Source: Zestosphaera tikiterensis
Lineage (GTDB): Archaea; Thermoproteota; Thermoprotei_A; Sulfolobales; NBVN01
Assembly: GCA_003056265.1 (NCBI GenBank)
Contig: NBVN01000002.1
Coordinates: forward strand, 480,001 to 512,000
Length of the DNA: 32,000 nt
Direction: 5' to 3'
Shown: positions 1 to 8,509 of the stretch, in pieces
Numbering within the stretch: the first letter of the stretch is position 1
Layout of the letters: the number at the start of each line of letters is the position of its first letter
The notes under the pieces: model-generated
Told to the model about the DNA's origin: nothing
What the model saw: only the letters and a program-made list of their open reading frames with translations
The model's database searches: none
Position numbers and translations under genes: made by a program

Positions 1-206
1 ACAACTGGCTCTTCAACCTTAAAGCTTCAATTCTTCTATACGTAACGCCCGATAGGGTAACTCAATATGTGGTGGATGGTAGAGCTACGTTAGAAGAAGT
101 TGTTGAGAGGATTTTAAGTAGTAAGTACCCAAGGTATGAATGGGAGTGTAGGTATTGCGCTTACTCCGTTTTATGTCCTTATAAAGTCGTGTTACGTCAA
201 ACCTAA
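1..206 (+). CDS. 3' end of a Cas4-like / PD-(D/E)XK (RecB-family) nuclease gene, truncated by the window edge
   Basis: Frame 3 is open from nt 3 to the TAA at 204-206. It is absent from the ORF track because no start lies in the window. My translation ends ...SSKYPRYEWECRYCAYSVLCPYKVVLRQT. That is a C-terminal C-x2-C-x5-C cluster, as in the Fe-S cysteines of Cas4/AddB-type nucleases. Confidence 0.4.
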   Translation, partial: NWLFNLKASILLYVTPDRVTQYVVDGRATLEEVVERILSSKYPRYEWECRYCAYSVLCPYKVVLRQT

Positions 207-276
207 AGTGATATGTGAAGCAAATCGAAAGAAACTTAATTAAACACTACATCCATAAGTTTTATAGTGAACGTCG

Positions 277-999
277 ATGGTTGGAAACTACCTTGAGTCT
301 GTTAAGGCTAGGCTCGTAGCCGGTTACCCAATATTTATTTACGATTCCGAAGGTCGTGAGGACGAATCCGATATGGTTTTCTTCGCTGGAGCTATAGACA
401 CCTACTCCATAACCATTTCAAGGAAGTTCGCAGGCGGTTTAACATGTTACGTCATGCCTTTAAGCGTTGGGAGAGAGTTAGGTATTAAATACGCAGAGGA
501 AATACTTAACTTAACCGGTTATGCGAAACTAACGCAGAAAAGATTAAGTTATGGAGACCCACCGAACTTTAGCTTATGGGTTAACCACATCTCAGTGAGG
601 ACAGGCGTTAGGGATGCGGATAAAGCAAAAACTATAAGGGGCTTAGACGAAGTAACTAAGTTAGTAACTGAGGAAAGGAATTCAACAGCAGCTATGAGTA
701 AATTCTACGCCGAATTCGTTAGCCCCGGCCACGTCCCCATACTTATGGGGAGGGGTTTAAACGTTAGGAAAGGCCATACGGAACTCGCTTTAGCGATAGC
801 GGAAATACTAGGATTAAGGCCAAGCATGGTAATAACCGAAGTTTTAAGTGATGGCGGTGCGGCCTCACTACATGAAGTTAAAAAACTAGCCGAAAAATTC
901 ACCACATACGTATTAAGAACAGATGAAATCCTAGAATTGTGGGACAGACTCAAACAAGGTTATCATCACACACGTATAGACAACGACTCTAAAATGTGA
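277..999 (+). CDS. ribB: 3,4-dihydroxy-2-butanone 4-phosphate synthase (riboflavin biosynthesis)
   Basis: 240-aa ORF. It carries DSEGREDESDMVF near the N-terminus and a GHTELALAIAEILGLRPSMVITEVL block, both characteristic of archaeal RibB. The size fits. Confidence 0.85.
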   Translation: MVGNYLESVKARLVAGYPIFIYDSEGREDESDMVFFAGAIDTYSITISRKFAGGLTCYVMPLSVGRELGIKYAEEILNLTGYAKLTQKRLSYGDPPNFSLWVNHISVRTGVRDADKAKTIRGLDEVTKLVTEERNSTAAMSKFYAEFVSPGHVPILMGRGLNVRKGHTELALAIAEILGLRPSMVITEVLSDGGAASLHEVKKLAEKFTTYVLRTDEILELWDRLKQGYHHTRIDNDSKM

Positions 1000-1176
1000 C
1001 GTTAAAACGCGTTTATTTATTTATTCATTCATAAAACAGATATCAGCGCACCACTTCCTACTTTTCCATAAGCTCTTAAAGAAGAATCCTTAGATCAATA
1101 GTTATATATGTAGGGAATTAAGTTAATGAACTCGAAAATCTAGTGGGGTTGGAAGCATGTCTAATCTTGCTTTCTG

Positions 1177-2016
1177 CTATCTTTTCCTTAATCGCGGATT
1201 TACGTATTCTTCTACAGCATATCCTATAAGCGAAAGCCCTAGGACTGTTATAGTTATCATAATGCCTGGAGCAACTATCCACCACCACATCCCGCTTGTT
1301 ATGGCTCCTGTATTCATAGCCCAGTAGATTATTCCTCCCCAGGACTTCTGGGTTGGATCTCCCATACCTAAAAAGCTTAACGAGGACTCAGCTATTATCG
1401 CTCCACCTATCCTGAGTATTGTTGACGCCGTTATTAGCGGATATAATTGAGGGAGTATATGCTTAAACATTATCCTTAAGTCTCCCGCGCCGATAGCTCT
1501 CGCGGCCTCTATGAAGGGTACGTTCTTAAACGACTTTACTTGAGCTTTAACCATCCTAGCTACTCCAGGCCAGCTGAAAGCCGCTATAGCTAATATTATA
1601 TTCTGGTATCCTTGCCCAAGAAACGCTGCCATTAATATCATGAAAGGCAGCACTGGAATAAGAAACATTACGTCCGTAATCGATGAAAGCACCTCTTCCG
1701 CTATACCACCATAATACCCCGCTATTAAGCCTATTACTGTACCAATAGCTACTGCCGAGGCCGCTGCGGCAAAACCTACAAGTAGTGATATCCTAGCCCC
1801 GTATACCAACTCACTAAATATGTCCTGCCCGATGTCGTTAGTTCCAAGTAAGTGTTTTGAGCTTGGAGGGAGGAACGGTCGATCTACAGTTTTCCAAGGA
1901 TCGTAAGGAGCTATGAGTTGAGGAACTAACGCCATGGCTAACGGAACTGCAAGCAAGATTAAACCCATGATGCTTTTCTCATTACTTAATATAAGCTGAA
2001 TTATTTTAGCCTTCAC
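1177..2016 (-). CDS. ABC transporter permease, Dpp/Opp C-type
   Basis: 279-aa polytopic membrane protein. It has the EAA-like loop IEAARAIGAGDLRIMFKHILP typical of DppC/OppC permeases. It overlaps the upstream permease gene by 4 nt. Confidence 0.85.
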   Translation of the reverse strand: MKAKIIQLILSNEKSIMGLILLAVPLAMALVPQLIAPYDPWKTVDRPFLPPSSKHLLGTNDIGQDIFSELVYGARISLLVGFAAAASAVAIGTVIGLIAGYYGGIAEEVLSSITDVMFLIPVLPFMILMAAFLGQGYQNIILAIAAFSWPGVARMVKAQVKSFKNVPFIEAARAIGAGDLRIMFKHILPQLYPLITASTILRIGGAIIAESSLSFLGMGDPTQKSWGGIIYWAMNTGAITSGMWWWIVAPGIMITITVLGLSLIGYAVEEYVNPRLRKR

Positions 2017-3002
2017 TCAAGCCTCACCCTCGGGTCTAAAACGCTTTGCAGGATCTCAACTAAGGTAACTAAGGTTAGGGTTACAGCAGATGTATAAACA
2101 ACCACACCTAGCAGAAGTGGGTAGTCCTGCATGTATATAGCATCGTAGGTCAGCCTTCCAATACCAGGAATTGAAAAAACTCTTTCTATAAGCATAGCGC
2201 CACCTAGCGAGACCCCTAAATCCATAGCTAATAGGGTTAGGATCGCAGCACAGGAAGGTTTAAAAGCGTGTTTTAATAAGATGTTACGTTCTGGAAGACC
2301 TCTTGCGTACGCCGCCATTATATAATCTTCACTCATAACGTCTAGCACGGCATTCCTAGTTATGACAAGGTACGTTGGGGTTGTCAGTAGAATCAAAGAT
2401 ACTAATGGCAACCAAAGGTGGTAAAGCACATCAGCTATATACTCAAACGGTGTTGCGTATGTAACTCCGTATGTATAAGCGCCAAAGAGTGGTGCTAAAT
2501 GCATGTAAAAACCAATAACTATAAGGAGAACCATCCCCAACCAAAATCCAGGCATAGACCTTAAAAACATTGCCACACTAACGAAGAATACATCCATTTT
2601 TGAAGCTCTTTTATACGCTACTAAAAGTCCTAGTAGTATACCGATAATTGCAGAGATCACTACAGAAGTTGTTACAAGGGTGAGCGTCCACGGCAATGCT
2701 TCTAAGATCACCTGACTCACGGGTTGAAGCCTACTAAACGATATCCCCAAATTCCCCGTTGTAAAGAACTCCTTTATGAAAATGAAGTACTGCTCTATTA
2801 TAGGTTTATCAAGTCCAAACTGTTTTATCAGCACATCCCTCATGTTAGGAGGCACGTTCGGGTTATTAATAAGGTAAGCAAAAGCGCCTCCCGGTAGCAT
2901 ACGAGGAATTACGAAGGTAATGGTTAAGATAACGTAAAAAACTACGATTCTTGAGGTGATTTTACGCAACAAAAAATGAGTGAGTTTCGACACGTAAACC
3001 AC
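2013..3002 (-). CDS. ABC transporter permease, Dpp/Opp B-type
   Basis: 329-aa polytopic membrane protein with the motif DYIMAAYARGLPERNILLKHAFKP (DppB/OppB-like). It lies directly downstream of the binding-protein gene. Confidence 0.85.
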   Translation of the reverse strand: MVYVSKLTHFLLRKITSRIVVFYVILTITFVIPRMLPGGAFAYLINNPNVPPNMRDVLIKQFGLDKPIIEQYFIFIKEFFTTGNLGISFSRLQPVSQVILEALPWTLTLVTTSVVISAIIGILLGLLVAYKRASKMDVFFVSVAMFLRSMPGFWLGMVLLIVIGFYMHLAPLFGAYTYGVTYATPFEYIADVLYHLWLPLVSLILLTTPTYLVITRNAVLDVMSEDYIMAAYARGLPERNILLKHAFKPSCAAILTLLAMDLGVSLGGAMLIERVFSIPGIGRLTYDAIYMQDYPLLLGVVVYTSAVTLTLVTLVEILQSVLDPRVRLE

Positions 3003-3010
3003 CTCTTAGA

Positions 3011-4909
3011 TTATTTTCTAGTGGTTCTCATTATTACTAACGCGATAGCTACTATAACTATTACTGCTACAGCACCTACAGCTATTAACGTATAATCGGC
3101 GCCAGAAGGCGGTGTTGTTGAAGTTGTTACGGTAGGTGACGTTATAGGTGTTGTTGCGATGGTCGTTGGTAAGGTTACTGAGGTTGTTGCAGATGGTTGC
3201 GTTGTTGGGTGTATAGTTATAGTAGTTGTAGGTGCTGTTTGCAGCTTTACGTTATATAAGCTCATAAGGCTAAACCAATTGTCAGGTGATGCTAGCGGGT
3301 CTAAAACCCAGCCTTTCCAAGTATCGTCTCTATAAGCAAATACGAATTGCTGGTGGACGGTGTTAAGCAGTGGAACATTCTCAGCTAATATCTCCTGTAT
3401 TTTCCATACAAGAGCTTTCCTAGCTTCAATATCTGTTGTGTTAGCTTGCTTTTCAAGTAAGGCGTCAAGTCCAGGTATGGTGCAGTGGCCGTTATTCCAA
3501 AAACCTTTGGTGTGGAAGATGTCCCTTAGAATGTCTGGGTCGAGAGATCCTACACCACCTATTATTAAAATGTCGAAGTCGCCGCTGTTTAATTTGTTCA
3601 CGAGTGCTGTCCATTCCAGTGGTTGGTAGTTGACTTTAACTCCTATCTCCTTTAGGTTATTAGATAGTATTTCTCCCCACCTAACCCTTAAAGGATCGTA
3701 GGACGGGGAGTATATAGTTAACGTGAATGTTGTGCCGTTGGGATAGTCTCTCCATCCATCGCCGTTTCTATCAATGAGCCCTAGCTCGTTTAGAAGCTGA
3801 GCTGCTTTAGATAGGTTGAAGGGATATTTCTTCTCTTTCGGCGGTAGGTTTTCATTATACCATGGACTAAGTACTGGCGGTAGTCTACCTAGAGATCCCG
3901 GTAAGGCATATCCTTGATACACAATGTTCACTACTTCTGTGATGTTTATTGCGTAATGAACTGCTTGCCTAAACTTAACCTCGTTCATTGGCCACCTCTG
4001 GCAGTTGAAGTAAGCGTATCTGGCGCCAGTCTCAGTTACGTTATGTAGCTTTATGTTGGGCTCAGTGACGAGCTGAGGTATTGTTTGATAAGGTATGCTC
4101 CAAGTCACCACATCTACTTCATTGTTCTTAAGAGCTAATAGCATAGCGTCTGCGTTCGATATTATCGGATAGAGTAATGTATCAATATAGGGTCTTCCTA
4201 AATGGTATTTCGGGTTGGCTACGAGCTTGTAGTATTGCTGTGGTTTATGTTCAGCGAATATGAAAGGCCCGCTTCCTATGGGAGGTTCGTTTTTATATTG
4301 AGCAAGTTCCGAAGGCTTGACGTCTTTCCATATGTGTTTAGGTAGTATGTAAACGCCGGCCGCTAGGTAGTATAGGAATGGAGCGTAAGGAGACTTAAGC
4401 TCTATTTGAACTGTGTAGTCATCAATTACTTTAGCTTCCTTTATAAATATGGCGTAGCTTGCGAACCTCGTGTAATTGTAGTAATCTCTTATGTAGTTAT
4501 ACGTAAAGGCTACGTCCTCCGCTGTTACAGGTTTGCCGTCATGCCATGTAGCGTTAGGGTAGAGCTTAAACGTCCACACCTTCCCATCTTCAGAAACGCT
4601 CCAATCCATAGCAAGTCTTCCTACGTAATTTCCGTCTGGAGCTCTAATGACTAGAGTGTCGTAAACTACGCTTATTATCATGTACTCCCAACTGGTACTG
4701 TATGTAAGTGGGTTTAAGGTGTTGGCTTCACCCATCATAGGGTCTCTGAATGTTCCTCCAGGAACTATCTTAGGGTCTCTAATTATGTAGTTAAACACTG
4801 ATTTAGTTTGATTAGCAGCGTTAACGTTCACCAGAGCTGATTGGATTATAATAACACATAAGAGCAACGTTATTATTGAAAGCCACTTCACCCTATGCAT
4901 GGCTACCAC
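3011..4909 (-). CDS. ABC transporter substrate-binding protein (family 5, peptide/oligosaccharide type) with a Thr/Pro-rich stalk and C-terminal membrane anchor
   Basis: 632 aa. It has an N-terminal signal/TM segment, then a family-5 SBP-like core (WTFKLYPNATWHDGKPVTAEDV...). The C-terminus is TTTITIHPTTQPSATTSVTLPTTIATTPITSPTVTTSTTPPS followed by a hydrophobic helix and RTTRK. Confidence 0.85.
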   Translation of the reverse strand: MVAMHRVKWLSIITLLLCVIIIQSALVNVNAANQTKSVFNYIIRDPKIVPGGTFRDPMMGEANTLNPLTYSTSWEYMIISVVYDTLVIRAPDGNYVGRLAMDWSVSEDGKVWTFKLYPNATWHDGKPVTAEDVAFTYNYIRDYYNYTRFASYAIFIKEAKVIDDYTVQIELKSPYAPFLYYLAAGVYILPKHIWKDVKPSELAQYKNEPPIGSGPFIFAEHKPQQYYKLVANPKYHLGRPYIDTLLYPIISNADAMLLALKNNEVDVVTWSIPYQTIPQLVTEPNIKLHNVTETGARYAYFNCQRWPMNEVKFRQAVHYAINITEVVNIVYQGYALPGSLGRLPPVLSPWYNENLPPKEKKYPFNLSKAAQLLNELGLIDRNGDGWRDYPNGTTFTLTIYSPSYDPLRVRWGEILSNNLKEIGVKVNYQPLEWTALVNKLNSGDFDILIIGGVGSLDPDILRDIFHTKGFWNNGHCTIPGLDALLEKQANTTDIEARKALVWKIQEILAENVPLLNTVHQQFVFAYRDDTWKGWVLDPLASPDNWFSLMSLYNVKLQTAPTTTITIHPTTQPSATTSVTLPTTIATTPITSPTVTTSTTPPSGADYTLIAVGAVAVIVIVAIALVIMRTTRK

Positions 4910-4930
4910 ACGATATACTAGGTATATGCG

Positions 4931-4938
4931 TTTATAAA
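4931..4938 (-). promoter_or_regulatory. TATA box (TTTATAAA) for the binding-protein/permease operon
   Basis: TTTATAAA is centred about 26 nt upstream of the ATG (complement of 4907-4909). That is the spacing expected for an archaeal promoter giving a leaderless or near-leaderless mRNA. Confidence 0.45.
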
Positions 4939-5200
4939 CATTCTTAAACCAAGCTTCTACTACACGCAGAGAGCACCTCCATAAAAACTTCTAAGGACTT
5001 CTTCACATCTCAATGACTTAAATCCTTAGTTTATATTTATTTAATCTAGCTTCTATTATTAGGACACTATCAATCAGTTTCAAAAAGTCTTAAATACTTC
5101 AATCTTATCGTATAGAACTAGCAAAACATAAACAAAGGCTTTAATTTTAAGTTGTAAAGCACGCTATTACGTTTCACTCACGAAAATCGTATCGTCATAA

Positions 5201-5227
5201 CTGAAAGCCTTGCCTTTAAAGGCAGGT
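5201..5227 (+). repeat. Solo copy of the CTGAAAG-hairpin motif (CTGAAAGCCTTGCC TTTAAA GGCAGG)
   Basis: CTGA-AAG is followed by a 6-bp stem CTTGCC/GGCAGG with a TTTAAA loop. Near-identical motifs lie at 18882-18908 (+) and 24884-24911 (-). Confidence 0.6.
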
Positions 5228-5275
5228 AAGTTGAAGTTTCCTACTTAGCTTGTTGCCTTCACGCTATGGGATAGT

Positions 5276-5334
5276 ACAGAAAAAGGAAAAGTAAGAAAGT
5301 CAATCTCCAATTCTTCGTTACTTTTTCCTTTTGT
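5276..5334. repeat. Long imperfect AT-rich inverted repeat (hairpin of about 20 bp)
   Basis: ACAGAAAAAGGAAAAGTAAGAA (5276-5297) faces TTCTTCGTTACTTTTTCCTTTTGT (5311-5334). They pair along most of their length with a few bulges. The repeat sits in the middle of an ORF-free 700-nt region. Confidence 0.55.
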
Positions 5335-5612
5335 ATTTGTAATAATTAACAGAAGAAAAGTTAGCAAATATTCTTTCTTCTTATATTTTCGTAATGGGAA
5401 CGATCTTTATGAACTAGGTAAGGAGGACTATTGAATGAAGCTTTGAGCTGCCTAAGGGGAGCATAGAGCAAATAGTAAAAGGTGGTAAGACGAATCGTCA
5501 ATGTAATAAAATATGATTAAAGAGTGAGATGAAGCTGGAATTTGAAATTCTGAAAGGTTAATGATGTTTGATTTTATGTGTGTTTTATTTTCTAGCAACT
5601 AAGAATAATCTA

Positions 5613-6372
5613 TTAGCATTTTTTGGGTTCTTCTTCAGCCCAGTTAAGATCTCCGTAGATTTTAACGTAGTTAAAGCCTACGTCTTTTGCTGAAGTTTTT
5701 AGTTCATATGCTGTGTAAAGCCTTATTTTATCGTTCATAAAATATGTTTTTGATGAACCATTAGGCTTAACTATCGTTATTATTCTCTTAAAGTATACTA
5801 CTGCCGTAACGTTCTCAGCATCTCTGTAGTCAATAATTATTATACGTTCATCATCGTGAGGTACGTCCCATATTGATGGCCCCTCCTTTTTACCTAAGGT
5901 AAAAGCAAAGGCTATAGGATTTGGCGCGTCAGCTATGAAAACACCCCCTGGTTTTAAGGCTTTATAAACGTTCCTCAGCAGTTTTTCGAGGTCTTCAGAT
6001 GAAGTCATATATGATATACTTGTAAAGAACATCGTAACAGCATCGAACTCTTCGTTAAAATCTATATTACGTACATCACCTTGAATAAACTTCACATTAA
6101 CGCCTAGTTTAGAAGCTTTCTCTTCAGCTATCTTAAGCATTTCACTATGTAGATCAACACCCATAACAGAATAACCTTTTTTTAGCGAGCTCTAAAGTAG
6201 GTCCACCAGTACCGCATGCTAAGTCTAAAACTTCCTTAACAGGCCTTCCAGCATCACGTTTAAAAACTTCTTCAACAAAGTCAACTAACCTAGGAACAAC
6301 GGAAGTTAAATAATCTTGATAAATAACGTCGTAATATCCAGCTAGGACACTATATAAAACATGCTCATACAT
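5613..6372 (-). pseudogene. Class I SAM-dependent methyltransferase, interrupted by a frameshift in an A7 run
   Basis: The 72-aa ORF (6154-6372) carries motif I, VLDLACGTGGPTLELAKK, then stops. The 183-aa ORF (5613-6164) continues MGVDLHSEMLKIA...GDVRN...FDAVTMFF...LKPGGVF. Removing one A from the coding-strand A7 (T7 at 6177-6183 on +) gives the continuous sequence LELAKKGYSVMGVDLHSEML. Confidence 0.8.
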
Positions 6373-6600
6373 TCCTAATGCCCGTATAAAATAGTTTAAA
6401 AGACGTACTTAAAATCCCATTTTCACATAATAGAATAATGGAGTTGTGTAAATTCCTCAAACTAATCCGCACCCAATGACATATTAACCTATGTCGAAGA
6501 GGCACTAACATACTTTCTCGAATATTCTCTTGTTTTACGATGAATACGGAGCGGTTTTAACCTATTTTTTAAGAGAAAAATAAAAATGAATGTTTAAAAG

Positions 6601-8187
6601 TTATGCCCCGCTTTGCCAAGCACGAACCATTTCTAAGATATCTGTGTAGATTTTCATAAGTACTCCAGACGTGTAATACGCTAGGTATTTGCCGGCTACT
6701 TCAGGCCCGGCTGTATTGTAGATCTTTAATGCCTCCTCTTCTACGTAGGGTTGTAAGTTGAATAATTCGGTTTCAATGGTGGTACGATATTTGCTTACTG
6801 TAGCATTCCTATTCTGATAGTCTAAGTCCACTAAAACACTAAATAATCTAAACGTCCAGTAAGCTGAGTTTAGGTCTATCTTGTTTGGATCCGCGAATTT
6901 ATACGGTGCTGGGAAGTCCGAGTATATCATGCCTAAGTATATTGGGACGTATACGTTCTCATCAGCTATGTTCGCAGCTCTCCACACTACTACACCTATT
7001 ATTGGTGGTAACCAGCTCCGTAGTTGAACAACCCAAGAGTCTTGGTTATGCCAAGGACTAATAGGTCTAATCGGTAGGTTCCTGTGAAAGCTTCCAGAGA
7101 GTGAGGTTCCATACTTATCCTGGGTAATAGCTACGTGGTTCACGGTCCGCAGAACCGCCATAAGATCTTGAGGCATTAACTTTCTATTAGGTTTTGCGGA
7201 AAACGGTAAATCGTTAGTTGGGTATGAAATTCCGGTTAACATATACAGTCCTGTCTGTTGCCTATAGACGTTATATAGCGAAGCTTGATTCGCAGGATCG
7301 CCGTAGGCTTTAGCAAAATCGAAAACTCCGTCTCGAGCAGGGTCATACCAACCCCTCTTAATCGCGTAATCTATGAGGTCCTTAGACCCCATGAAGTTCT
7401 TAGTGTCTGTAAGGTTTACCTGCCGTATCACAAACGAGTTAGCTATGACTACAATGCTATCGTCCGGAACTCTTTGCGCAACCCAGTGTTTACCATACAC
7501 GACGTCAACAACCCACGCTTCATTCAGATCCGCTACAATATAGTTCCTCGCAGGTGCTCCATACCCATAAGTTTCAACTAAAGTCCCTATTATCTGCACG
7601 GCTTCCCGCGCAGTCTTCGCCTGCTGAACCACTAGCAGCCTAAGGAGGTCTCTAATGCCTCCGTTTACAAGCTCCGGCTTATCCTCACGTGAAGACCCAG
7701 CGCTATTGCTGAAAATCACAACGCCGTACTCGTTAACGTATCTTCCACTAAATGATATCCCAGGCATCACAGCTCCCCAGAAGGCGTAAGTTCGTTTAGG
7801 CACAGGAACTGTTAATAACGTATTGGGTTCTTTATAAACCCATGTACCGTTTGTTAAGCGATATGCGTATAAACTCATAGGGGTATTTGAGGGGTTAACG
7901 AACAGAATGTCCACAACCTTACCGCTGTCGTCCTCGTTATGCGCTACGAGAACTGAACCGTCTGCCGATGCCGCCTTCCCAACTAAAATCGCTGTACATT
8001 GATACTCACTTTCATTCTCATATAAAGCGTTATCTGTTGAGATGGTGTTCAACTGCCTGAAGACTTCTCCGGAGGTTAATGTTTTAGAGCTTAATAACGA
8101 TGAGTTATATATCGATGGAAATATACATAACACTATTGTTGCCATAGCTAAAAGTGCTAAGATTTTCTTAGTAGACTTAAACGACAT
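6601..8187 (-). CDS. Secreted peptidase family C69 dipeptidase (Ntn-hydrolase type)
   Basis: 528 aa. It has an N-terminal signal/TM segment and the motif QCTAILVGKAASADGSVLVAHNEDDSG, which matches the catalytic-Cys N-terminus signature of C69 dipeptidases. Confidence 0.7.
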   Translation of the reverse strand: MSFKSTKKILALLAMATIVLCIFPSIYNSSLLSSKTLTSGEVFRQLNTISTDNALYENESEYQCTAILVGKAASADGSVLVAHNEDDSGKVVDILFVNPSNTPMSLYAYRLTNGTWVYKEPNTLLTVPVPKRTYAFWGAVMPGISFSGRYVNEYGVVIFSNSAGSSREDKPELVNGGIRDLLRLLVVQQAKTAREAVQIIGTLVETYGYGAPARNYIVADLNEAWVVDVVYGKHWVAQRVPDDSIVVIANSFVIRQVNLTDTKNFMGSKDLIDYAIKRGWYDPARDGVFDFAKAYGDPANQASLYNVYRQQTGLYMLTGISYPTNDLPFSAKPNRKLMPQDLMAVLRTVNHVAITQDKYGTSLSGSFHRNLPIRPISPWHNQDSWVVQLRSWLPPIIGVVVWRAANIADENVYVPIYLGMIYSDFPAPYKFADPNKIDLNSAYWTFRLFSVLVDLDYQNRNATVSKYRTTIETELFNLQPYVEEEALKIYNTAGPEVAGKYLAYYTSGVLMKIYTDILEMVRAWQSGA

Positions 8188-8509
8188 TGGTTTATTACCT
8201 CAGGTATTCGATTTTTACAAAGTTAATAAGTTTTAATTAATAATAAGGTAAATCAAAATAGTTTATCGCAAGACGGGATTAATGCGATACACGATTTTCA
8301 CTTTGAATTGATTACAGTAAACCTCTTGAGTTTGCTTAATTTCATTAAGTGATGATGGCTTTGCTGATTCAAAATGAGTTAGACTACCTTAGGAGTTAAA
8401 TGGAGCCTCTTAAATACCTAAATGAAATTTGATGTACTATTTTATATAGGTGGGGTGAGTAAAATTGAATATATTTGTTTTGTTATAGTATATGATTTAG
8501 GTTGCGTAT

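Noticed and set aside
8349-8367. GTGATGA...CTGA as a C/D box sRNA in the dipeptidase/MBL divergent spacer
   Set aside because: There are only 8 nt between the boxes, and no convincing C'/D pair follows (ATGAG... without a CTGA).
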